NCBI GenBank assembly: GCA_902797235.1
Contig: CADBSB010000044.1
Location: forward strand, 1 to 40,934
DNA length: 40,934 nt
Direction of reading: 5' to 3'
DNA from: an uncultured Ruminococcus sp.
GTDB lineage: Bacteria; Bacillota; Clostridia; Oscillospirales; CAG-272
Shown here: positions 16,341 to 23,945 of the stretch, one piece after another
Layout of the letters: every line of letters starts with the position of its first letter
How positions within the stretch are numbered: the stretch's first letter is position 1
Program-made: the position numbers and the translations under genes
Notes under the pieces: model-generated
Told to the model about the DNA's origin: nothing
Database searches by the model: none
The model's input: the letters and a program-made list of their open reading frames with translations, nothing else

Positions 16341-18913
16341 AAAAAGCGTTTTGCATCATTCTTACGGCTCTTCTCATCATGCTGCCGCTGTCCGGCGTAA
16401 TCTACGCCGAGCAGAGCGCCGAGCCGGAAAACGGTACGGTCTTATACGAGACCGATTTTACGAACGGTATACCCGAGGGTTTCCGTTATCCCGAAGGACA
16501 CGGGGATAAGGTTTACGTAAAGGACGGGATTCTGTACGTCGACGCCGTCGGGCGCGAATTCACGCGCGTATTTCTGCCCGATTCGCTCGATAAGTACGGC
16601 AACTATGAGATAACGATACACGCCGCGATGCTGCAGCCGCGCGACGGCGGGCGCTGGGGCTCGATAATCTACCGCGCTCAGAATCTGAATTATCCGTATT
16701 ACCATATGTGCTTCCGCTACAATTCCGACGCGGCGAACGGCGTTGAATTCGCGTGCCGCACGGAGCAGGATACGTGGAGCGTCACCTCAAAGGGCGGCAT
16801 TTCCGGACATTCCTTCTCGGACAGCACGTTCGACGAGGTAAAGGCGACCGTCAAGGGCGACCGCGCGATACATTCGATAAACGGCGAGGTCGGCGTCGAC
16901 TGCACGGACGCGACGGTCTATTCAACCGGCGGCATAGGTCTGCAGGCAAACTTCTGCATACTCGCCGTTCGTGATATTAAGGTCACGTACATCCGCACGG
17001 GCGGGACGTCTTCCGCTCCCGCGTTTACCGAAATAGCGCAGTCCGATCTCGGTGTAATAGGCGGATACACGTTATCCGAATACGTTTTAAGTAAAGAAAA
17101 GCTCGATAATATCGCAAAATCCGAAGCGATACCGGCAAACGCGATATTCAACGTCAATTCAAAGCTTGAGGTCACGGATAACGACGGAAAAGCTTTTTCG
17201 ACCGTTTCGGACGCGCTGACCGCGCTAAACGGCGTCATAATGCCGACGTTCAAGGTCAGCGACGAGGCGGCGGCCGACGCGATCTGCGCGTACTTATACG
17301 ACAACGGCGTAAAAGACGTGTTCATCATGAGCGAAAAAGACGAGCTCGTGTTAAGGGCGAGAAAAGCGTACACGGTCTGCCGCGGCGTGCTCGATCTTAC
17401 AAACGAGCTGAAAGGCAAAACTTCGCTTACAAATAAAGAGCTTCTCGGTATCAGACAGCGCACGAACGCCGCGTTTGCGTCGATCGCCGTGATACCCGAC
17501 ACCGTTGCAACGACGGAGAACGTAAAATATCTCTACGACAGACTTATAGCCGTATGGGTCGGCGCATCGTCATCCGTTACTGCAAAAGCTCAGGCCTTCG
17601 CGATAGCCGCGGCGGGCGGTCACGGCGCGGTGACGGACAACACGGCGCTGATGTACGACGTTATAGAAAATTCCATGTCCGGCAGTAAGCTTTTCCGCGT
17701 ACCGCTGAACATCGGTCACAGAGGTCTGCCGATACAGGCGCCGGAAAACACGGTCGAGGGCTCGCTTTTAGCGTATGAAAACGGCGCGGACTGCGTTGAA
17801 AACGATATTTACATAACAAAAGACGGAATGCTGATGGTAATGCACGACGCGACGACGGCGAGAACGGCGGGCGGAAACCTCACAATGGAGAGCGCTACGT
17901 CCGATCAGCTCCGCGAGCTTATCGTAAACAAGCAGTTCCCGAACAACAAGAAATATTCAGAATGCAGGATCCCGTACCTTGAAGAGTACTTTACGGCTTT
18001 GAAGGGCAAGGATATACAGATATTCGTTGAGATAAAGAGCACGAGCAAGGCGCTCGTCGAAAAATTCCGGTCGCTCGTCGGCGAGTACGGCGTTGAGGAT
18101 CAGGTATCCGTCATAACGTTCCACGATTCGCAGATAAAGAACCTCAAAGAGATATTCCCCGAGATGTCTGCGGGCTTCCTCTGCAATCCGCTCGTGTCGG
18201 GCGACACCGGCGAAAAACAGGTAAAAGCCGTGCTGAACAAGACGCAGAAGCTCGGCTCCACGTACAATCCCTCGTACTCCGGCCATACGAAAGAATTCGT
18301 AAAGAACGCGAATATGCGCGGACTTACCACCTGGCCGTGGACGATAGACGACAAGGGGGATTACATAGATTTCTTTATGGCGGGCTATAACGGCATTACG
18401 ACGAACAACTGCAAGATACCCGCAAAGTGGGCGAAATCTCTTGTCTCAAAATCGTACGAATATGAGATACAGCCGGGCGAAACGCTTAAAGCCTCGGCGG
18501 AGATGACGACGTACAAGCGCGAAGTATCCGACGTTTCGGACAGCGTCAGGATCATCCCGTTGTCCGACGGTATGACCGTGGGCGACGGTAACGTTATAAC
18601 GTTTGACGGCGAGGGCGAATATCAGTACGCGCTTGAATACACGTACGCGATCAATTCGTCAAACACTTACACTTTATACACGCAGCCGGTGACCGTAAAG
18701 GTCGCCTCGCCCGAAATGACCGAAACGGAAACGGACGAGATAACGACCGTAAACACAACCGCGGAAGAAGTAACGACAAATAAACCGGCGGAAACGACGG
18801 GTGAGAATGAAAACGGCAAATTCCCCGTTGTCCCCGTGATACTGGGCGCCGCCGCAGGCGTTATAGGCGTCGGCCTGATCGTGTTCTTTGTCGTAAAAAA
18901 GAAAAAAGCGTAA
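16337..18913 (+). CDS. Surface-anchored multidomain glycerophosphodiester phosphodiesterase (GDPD) protein
   Basis: 858 aa. Signal peptide, then an N-terminal jelly-roll/LamG-like region. GDPD core: NIGHRGLPIQAPENTVEGSLLAYENGADCVENDIYITKDGMLMVMHD. T/E-rich linker and C-terminal TM anchor followed by KKKKA. Confidence 0.8.
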   Translation: MKKAFCIILTALLIMLPLSGVIYAEQSAEPENGTVLYETDFTNGIPEGFRYPEGHGDKVYVKDGILYVDAVGREFTRVFLPDSLDKYGNYEITIHAAMLQPRDGGRWGSIIYRAQNLNYPYYHMCFRYNSDAANGVEFACRTEQDTWSVTSKGGISGHSFSDSTFDEVKATVKGDRAIHSINGEVGVDCTDATVYSTGGIGLQANFCILAVRDIKVTYIRTGGTSSAPAFTEIAQSDLGVIGGYTLSEYVLSKEKLDNIAKSEAIPANAIFNVNSKLEVTDNDGKAFSTVSDALTALNGVIMPTFKVSDEAAADAICAYLYDNGVKDVFIMSEKDELVLRARKAYTVCRGVLDLTNELKGKTSLTNKELLGIRQRTNAAFASIAVIPDTVATTENVKYLYDRLIAVWVGASSSVTAKAQAFAIAAAGGHGAVTDNTALMYDVIENSMSGSKLFRVPLNIGHRGLPIQAPENTVEGSLLAYENGADCVENDIYITKDGMLMVMHDATTARTAGGNLTMESATSDQLRELIVNKQFPNNKKYSECRIPYLEEYFTALKGKDIQIFVEIKSTSKALVEKFRSLVGEYGVEDQVSVITFHDSQIKNLKEIFPEMSAGFLCNPLVSGDTGEKQVKAVLNKTQKLGSTYNPSYSGHTKEFVKNANMRGLTTWPWTIDDKGDYIDFFMAGYNGITTNNCKIPAKWAKSLVSKSYEYEIQPGETLKASAEMTTYKREVSDVSDSVRIIPLSDGMTVGDGNVITFDGEGEYQYALEYTYAINSSNTYTLYTQPVTVKVASPEMTETETDEITTVNTTAEEVTTNKPAETTGENENGKFPVVPVILGAAAGVIGVGLIVFFVVKKKKA

Positions 18914-18922
18914 AATCACCCC

Positions 18923-18951
18923 TTGACAAAACGCGTGATTTGTGATAATAT
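18923..18951 (+). promoter_or_regulatory. Sigma-A type promoter for scfA
   Basis: TTGACA (18923..18928), 17-nt spacer ending in TGA, TAATAT (18946..18951). Confidence 0.65.
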
Positions 18952-18981
18952 AAATTGAATAAAAGTACAGGAGGCAAAGAT

Positions 18982-19128
18982 ATGAAGCATATCAAAACCA
19001 TAAAGACCCGCGATCTGTGCGAGAGCGCAAAAAACGGCGGCTGCGGTGAGTGCCAGACTTCCTGCCAGTCAGCCTGCAAAACAAGCTGCGGCATAGCCAA
19101 CCAGAGCTGCGAGAACGGCAAAAAATAA
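18982..19128 (+). CDS. scfA: SCIFF (six-cysteines-in-forty-five) ribosomal peptide precursor
   Basis: Below the ORF-track size cut-off. AGGAGG 8 nt upstream. Translation: MKHIKTIKTRDLCESAKNGGCGECQTSCQSACKTSCGIANQSCENGKK. It has the canonical MKHIKT leader and the GGCGECQTSCQSACKTSC core, and is followed by the cognate radical-SAM gene. Confidence 0.9.
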   Translation: MKHIKTIKTRDLCESAKNGGCGECQTSCQSACKTSCGIANQSCENGKK

Positions 19129-19135
19129 ACAATTC

Positions 19136-19163
19136 AAAAAGGGCTGCTGCGGCAGCCCTTTTG
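19136..19163 (+). terminator. Rho-independent terminator after scfA
   Basis: GGGCTGC-TGCG-GCAGCCC (19141..19158) flanked by AAAAA upstream and TTTT downstream. Confidence 0.75.
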
Positions 19164-19165
19164 AA

Positions 19166-19548
19166 GTTATATTCACCTTACGTGAACCCCCACGTGACCG
19201 TGTCACATGGGGAACTATGCTCCCGCCGTCACCGGCCCCGCAAACTAACGATCACCGTGCCTTTCCGTAGGGGTCGGCGCCCTCGACGACCCGTGTCTGC
19301 GGAAGCCCCGAAACTTCGGGGGGGATGGCGGGGTTTGGGGTGGTCTGGGGTTCCCCGCCGCGAAAAGCGGTGGGGGTTCCTGGATAGGGGACCCGGGGTT
19401 CCCCGACGCGAACCTGAGAGCGTTGGGGGTTCACGGGGGCGGGGAACCCCAAAGGAGCCGCAAATTGCGGCTCACAATTCGTCGGCGGTAGGGGTTCCCC
19501 GCGTGACAAGGTCGCGCGGGGGTTCGCGTAACCGACACCTTAATTCTG
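19166..19548 (+). repeat. GC-rich hairpin-dense intergenic element, copy B (longer)
   Basis: Homologous to 7239..7412 from 19266 onward (shared blocks listed there). Has about 100 nt of extra internal sequence built from GGGGTTCCCC/GGGGAACCCC words and hairpins. ORFs 19050..19562(+) and 19252..19509(-) across it are G/R/P-rich artefacts. Confidence 0.85.
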
Positions 19549-19570
19549 AATTCTTAATTTGAAAGGTTTT
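19549..19570. repeat. CTKAATT heptad tract (CTTAATT CTGAATT CTTAATT)
   Basis: Read directly. Abuts the 3' end of GC-rich copy B and lies 8 nt upstream of the scfB ATG. Confidence 0.8.
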
Positions 19571-19577
19571 CCTTTTA

Positions 19578-20957
19578 ATGATACATCAATACAAATTAAA
19601 CAACCACAACATCGTTCTCGACGTCTGCTCTGGGGCGGTGCATGAAATGGACGATTTAGCGTACGACGCGGTCGCGATGTACGAGAGCACGCCGAAGGAT
19701 GAGATAATAAAACAGCTTTGCGATAAGTACGGCGTGACAGCCGCTGATGCCGCCGAATGCCTTGAACAGATAGAAGAGCTGAAAGCCGGGGGACAGTTAT
19801 TCACACCCGACACTTACGAGAATATGGCGCCGGAACTGAAAAAACGCACGTCCGGCGTTATAAAAGCGCTTTGCCTGCACGTTTCGCACGCCTGCAATCT
19901 CGTCTGCGAATACTGCTTTGCGGGACAGGGCAGATACCGAGGAAAAAGCGCGCTCATGTCGTTTGAGGTGGGTAAGCGCGCGCTTGATTTTCTTATTGAA
20001 AACTCGGGCAGCCGCAAAAACCTCGAAGTAGACTTTTTCGGCGGCGAGCCGCTTCTTAATTTTGACGTGGTAAAGAAGCTTGTGCAGTACGCGCGCTCCG
20101 TTGAAAAAGATCACAACAAGAATTTCCGCTTTACGCTGACCACGAACGGCGTGCTTATTGACGACGACGTGATAGATTTCTGCAACCGTGAAATGTCAAA
20201 CGTGGTGCTCAGCCTCGACGGGCGGAAAGAAATTCACGACAGGTACAGGGTGGACGCGAGCGGAAAAGGCAGCTTTGACGTGATCGTTCCGAAATTTCAG
20301 CGCCTCGTAAAAGCGCGCGGCGACAAGTCGTATTATATGCGCGGCACGTTCACGCACGCAAATCCCGATTTCTTAAAAGATATAAACGTGATGCTCGATT
20401 CAGGCTTTAACGAGCTTTCGATGGAGCCCGTGGTATGCTCACCCGACAGTCCGTCGGCGCTTACCGAGGAGGACAAGCCCGTAATATTCAAGCAGTACGA
20501 GGAGCTTGCAAAGCTTCTGATACAAAGGCGAAAAGAGGGAAAACCCTTTACTTTCTATCACTATATGATAAACCTTGAAGGCGGGCCGTGCATTTACAAA
20601 CGCATATCGGGCTGCGGCTCGGGCACCGAATACATGGCGGTAACGCCCGGGGGAGACTTATATCCGTGCCACCAGTTCGTAGGTGAGGAAAAATTCAAGT
20701 TAGGCGATATTTGGAACGGCGTTACAAATACGGAAATTCAAAGCGAATTCGAAGGCTGTAACGTCTACGCTCACGAAGAATGCAGAGGTTGCTGGGCGCG
20801 GCTTTACTGCTCCGGCGGCTGCGCGGCGAACGCTTATCATGCGACCGGCTCGGTCAAGGGCGTTTACAAGTACGGCTGCGAGTTGTTCAAAAAGCGCATA
20901 GAATGCGCGATAATGGCGGAGGTCGACCGACTGTCAGATGAGGACGCCGATAATTGA
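19578..20957 (+). CDS. scfB: SCIFF radical SAM/SPASM maturase
   Basis: 459 aa. CNLVCEYC radical-SAM cluster motif. SPASM-type auxiliary-cluster Cys motifs (CGSGTEYMAVTPGGDLYPC, CRGCWARLYCSGGC). Sits next to the SCIFF precursor. Confidence 0.9.
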   Translation: MIHQYKLNNHNIVLDVCSGAVHEMDDLAYDAVAMYESTPKDEIIKQLCDKYGVTAADAAECLEQIEELKAGGQLFTPDTYENMAPELKKRTSGVIKALCLHVSHACNLVCEYCFAGQGRYRGKSALMSFEVGKRALDFLIENSGSRKNLEVDFFGGEPLLNFDVVKKLVQYARSVEKDHNKNFRFTLTTNGVLIDDDVIDFCNREMSNVVLSLDGRKEIHDRYRVDASGKGSFDVIVPKFQRLVKARGDKSYYMRGTFTHANPDFLKDINVMLDSGFNELSMEPVVCSPDSPSALTEEDKPVIFKQYEELAKLLIQRRKEGKPFTFYHYMINLEGGPCIYKRISGCGSGTEYMAVTPGGDLYPCHQFVGEEKFKLGDIWNGVTNTEIQSEFEGCNVYAHEECRGCWARLYCSGGCAANAYHATGSVKGVYKYGCELFKKRIECAIMAEVDRLSDEDADN

Positions 20958-22242
20958 TTTTATAAAGGAATACGAAAAGAAAAACCCCCTGCGCCTGCAC
21001 ACGCCCGGTCATAAGGGCAGGGGCTTTTTGGGGTTTGAAAAATACGATATTACCGAGCTTTACGGCGCGGACGAGCTTTTTTCGCCGTCCGGCATAATAG
21101 CGGAAAGCGAAAAAAACGCATCTGAAATATTCGGCTGTCCTACTTATTATTCCGCCGAGGGATCGTCGCTCTGCGTAAAAGCCATGATATATCTGCTCTC
21201 GCAGATAAAGGGCAAAACGCCTGTTATAACCGCATCAAGAAACGCGCATAAATCGTTTTTATACGGCGCTGCGCTCTGCGGCACGGAGGTTATATGGCTG
21301 CCGCCGCACGAAGACGATACGTATATATCCGTTACCGTAACGGCGGACGGCGTAAGGCGTGTTTTAAAGGCAAACAAAGGCGTTGACGCGGTGTTTATTA
21401 CGACGCCCGACTATCTCGGCAAAACGACCGATCTGTCAGACATTTCAAAAGTTTGTAAGGAGTACGGCGCGCTTCTTTTCGTTGACGGAGCGCACGGAGC
21501 GTACTTGCATTTTACGGGCGACGATCCGTATAAATACGCCGATATTTACTGCACCTCCGCGCACAAAACGCTTCCCGCGCTGACGGGCGCGGCGTACCTG
21601 CACGTACGTTATCCAGTGCCGGCAAAGACCGTAAAAGCCGCGCTTTCCGCGTTTGCCTCCACAAGTCCGTCGTACCTGATCTTAGCCTCGCTCGACGGGC
21701 TGAATGAATATCTTTCAACGTATAAAGAGCACTTGTCCGCGTTTATCCCGCTTGTTGAAAAAACAAAAACAAAGCTGACGGATCACGGCTTTGTTTTATA
21801 CGGCGGCGAGCCGATGAAGATAACGCTTGACGCGAACAGGTACGGATATACCGGTTATGAAATCGAAAAATATCTCGTCGGCAAAAACATTTATCCCGAA
21901 TACGCCGACAAAAAGTTTATAACGTTTATGATAAGCGAAAAAACCGGCGCGGACGGGCTTGATACGCTTTGCAGTTCTCTGCTCTGCCTGCCGAAAAAAG
22001 CCGGAATTTCTGATAACGGTGTAAAATTTAGAACGCCCGATAAGGCTATGAGCATACGCGACGCGTTTTTCTCACAAAAAGAGACCCTGCCGACCGGAGA
22101 ATGCGGCGGCAGGATATTATCGGATATGAACGTTATCTGTCCCCCCGCCGTCTGCCCCGTCGTATGCGGGGAGACCGTTGCGGAGGAGCTGATCCCGTTT
22201 TTGCTTGATATCGGTATAGACAAGCTCTCCGTCGTCAGGTAG
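20938..22242 (+). CDS. PLP-dependent Orn/Lys/Arg decarboxylase family protein
   Basis: 434 aa. LHTPGHKG N-terminal motif and SAHKTLPALTGAAYLH (PLP lysine). The start overlaps the scfB 3' end by 20 nt. Confidence 0.8.
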   Translation: MRTPIIDFIKEYEKKNPLRLHTPGHKGRGFLGFEKYDITELYGADELFSPSGIIAESEKNASEIFGCPTYYSAEGSSLCVKAMIYLLSQIKGKTPVITASRNAHKSFLYGAALCGTEVIWLPPHEDDTYISVTVTADGVRRVLKANKGVDAVFITTPDYLGKTTDLSDISKVCKEYGALLFVDGAHGAYLHFTGDDPYKYADIYCTSAHKTLPALTGAAYLHVRYPVPAKTVKAALSAFASTSPSYLILASLDGLNEYLSTYKEHLSAFIPLVEKTKTKLTDHGFVLYGGEPMKITLDANRYGYTGYEIEKYLVGKNIYPEYADKKFITFMISEKTGADGLDTLCSSLLCLPKKAGISDNGVKFRTPDKAMSIRDAFFSQKETLPTGECGGRILSDMNVICPPAVCPVVCGETVAEELIPFLLDIGIDKLSVVR

Positions 22243-23077
22243 GGTCGTGCTCGACCTTCTCCGGCGGCACCTCGAGCAGAGCCGGATTTTTAAGATACTG
22301 CGTTAACCGCTTGAAAACGGCGGCGAAATATGAGCCGGGGCAGATCCTCTCGTCCATTACGACGCCCAAGGGGAGCGTATGCTCGAAAACGACCTCGTCG
22401 CGCTTTAATTTCGGCACTATCCGCGGGTTGCCCATGGTAACGCTCATGCTCGTCGTCCCGAATTCGTAAACGTGGTGATATATGTGATTCGTACGTATGG
22501 ACGCGAGGTTTGATAACAGCAGCGATTCATGGAAAGGCGAGGCGTCTATGACGCTTTTCGGCAGAAGATTGTGCTTGTCCATGAATTTGAAAAGTCCTAC
22601 GGCGAAGTTGGGAAGTCCGGGGACGTTCAAGAGGACGTTTAACATTTTCTCCGTCTTGTTGTCCGTCTCGGACGTGCGGTTTTCCGCTATATACTCGTCG
22701 ATTTTCTTCTGCACCTCGAATATGGTGTCCGTCATATCGAAATAGATCTTTGACATTATGCCGTGGTCCGTATCCGTTTTAAGTACGACCAGACCCACGC
22801 AGAATTCGTTTCTTGCGTAAACGCGCTTGTTTATAACGAATCTGTTCAGCGCCGGGTATTCGCACGCGGTGCGCAGATACGCGGCAAGGAAAATGCCCAT
22901 ATATGAAAACACCATTCCCTTTTCCTTGCGCATTTTGTGTATATACGCGGTCAAAGGGTCGAGCGGTATGTCTACCGTAGTCATATTCATCGAATCCACG
23001 CGCTTGTCCATTATATAGGATATGACGCTGTACATGGGATCGTTTATTTTTATGGTTCTTCCGTCTGCTCTTCTCAT
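22235..23077 (-). CDS. Stand-alone 2-oxoacid dehydrogenase E2-type acyltransferase catalytic-domain homologue (active-site motif altered)
   Basis: Re-called start at ATG 23077 (MRRADGRTIK...) with GAGG 7 nt upstream; the track extends to 23179 into the nth start region. The C-terminal block LPLGVVMDERICPGSYFAAVFKRLTQYLKNPALL aligns by eye with the E2 block ...S.DHR.IDG......F......L..P..LL. Confidence 0.6.
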   Translation of the reverse strand: MRRADGRTIKINDPMYSVISYIMDKRVDSMNMTTVDIPLDPLTAYIHKMRKEKGMVFSYMGIFLAAYLRTACEYPALNRFVINKRVYARNEFCVGLVVLKTDTDHGIMSKIYFDMTDTIFEVQKKIDEYIAENRTSETDNKTEKMLNVLLNVPGLPNFAVGLFKFMDKHNLLPKSVIDASPFHESLLLSNLASIRTNHIYHHVYEFGTTSMSVTMGNPRIVPKLKRDEVVFEHTLPLGVVMDERICPGSYFAAVFKRLTQYLKNPALLEVPPEKVEHDPT

Positions 23078-23171
23078 CTTTACGCCTCGTTTAATTATTC
23101 TCAATGTTGATACCAAATAATACCATAAGGTAACGGCGAATTCAAGTATTTTTTGAAAATAAGGATAAGAT

Positions 23172-23834
23172 ATGGACAAAATTTTATTGGCAAAACAGAT
23201 CTGCGCAAGGCTTTCGCAGAAATATCCGGGCGCCGTTTGTTCGCTTTCCTACGGCGGCGATCCGTGGCGCCTGCTCGTTATGGGGCGGCTTTCGGCGCAG
23301 TGCACGGACGAGCGGGTGAATATAGTCTGCCCCGCGCTGTTTGAAAGATACCCCGACGTTTACGCCATGGCGGAAGCGGAACAGGACGAGATCGCAAAAT
23401 ACATATTCTCCTGCGGGCTCTACAACAGCAAGGCGCGCGATTTGAAGGCGATGTCCGTGCGGATAGTTACGGTTTATAACGGCAAAGTGCCCGACAATAT
23501 GGAAGATCTTTTGACGCTCTCCGGCGTCGGGCGGAAGATAGCGAATCTGATTTTAGGCGATATTTTCGGCAAGCCCGCGATCGTCGCGGACACGCATTGT
23601 ATAAGGATTTCCGCGCGTCTCGGTCTCTGCGGCGACGATATAAAGCCGCTGTCGCCCGAAAAGACGGAAAAAGCGCTGTCGGCGATAGTAGAGCCCGGCG
23701 AGCAGGCCGCGCTCTGCCACCGCTTCGTCATGTTCGGCCGCGACGTCTGCTCCGCACGCTCGCCGTCGTGCGATGTGTGCGAATTGTCCGACATTTGTCT
23801 TAAAAATCATCTTGACACAAATAATAAAGAGTAG
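23172..23834 (+). CDS. nth: Endonuclease III (DNA-(apurinic or apyrimidinic site) lyase)
   Basis: 220 aa. HhH-GPD motif LLTLSGVGRKIANLILG, VADTHCIRIS, and the C-terminal 4Fe-4S motif CSARSPSCDVCELSDIC. Confidence 0.9.
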   Translation: MDKILLAKQICARLSQKYPGAVCSLSYGGDPWRLLVMGRLSAQCTDERVNIVCPALFERYPDVYAMAEAEQDEIAKYIFSCGLYNSKARDLKAMSVRIVTVYNGKVPDNMEDLLTLSGVGRKIANLILGDIFGKPAIVADTHCIRISARLGLCGDDIKPLSPEKTEKALSAIVEPGEQAALCHRFVMFGRDVCSARSPSCDVCELSDICLKNHLDTNNKE

Positions 23835-23840
23835 TATAAT
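23812..23840 (+). promoter_or_regulatory. Consensus sigma-A promoter inside the 3' end of nth
   Basis: Perfect TTGACA (23812..23817), 17-nt spacer, perfect TATAAT (23835..23840). Confidence 0.7.
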
Positions 23841-23849
23841 ATAAAAAAC

Positions 23850-23945
23850 GTTCGGCGTAAGCCGAACTCATAACTTTTTGCCGCAGGCAAAAATCATAAC
23901 TCTAAACGCGGCAGCGCCGCTCATAACTAAAAAAGAGGTCATAAA
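23850..23945 (+). repeat. Word-hairpin tandem array (word TCATAACT, three units plus a partial fourth)
   Basis: GTTCGGC-GTAA-GCCGAAC + TCATAACT. TTTTGCC-GCA-GGCAAAA + (A)TCATAACT. GCGGC-AGC-GCCGC + TCATAACT. Then AGAGG RBS and TCATAAA abutting the ATG at 23946. Period about 26 nt. Confidence 0.85.

Noticed and set aside
19050-19562. ORFs 19050..19562(+), 19252..19509(-), 7212..7415(-) and 7299..7532(+) across the GC-rich elements
   Set aside because: The translations are Gly/Arg/Pro-rich with no RBS. They span a terminator and hairpins and differ between the two element copies because of indels, so they are not conserved coding frames.
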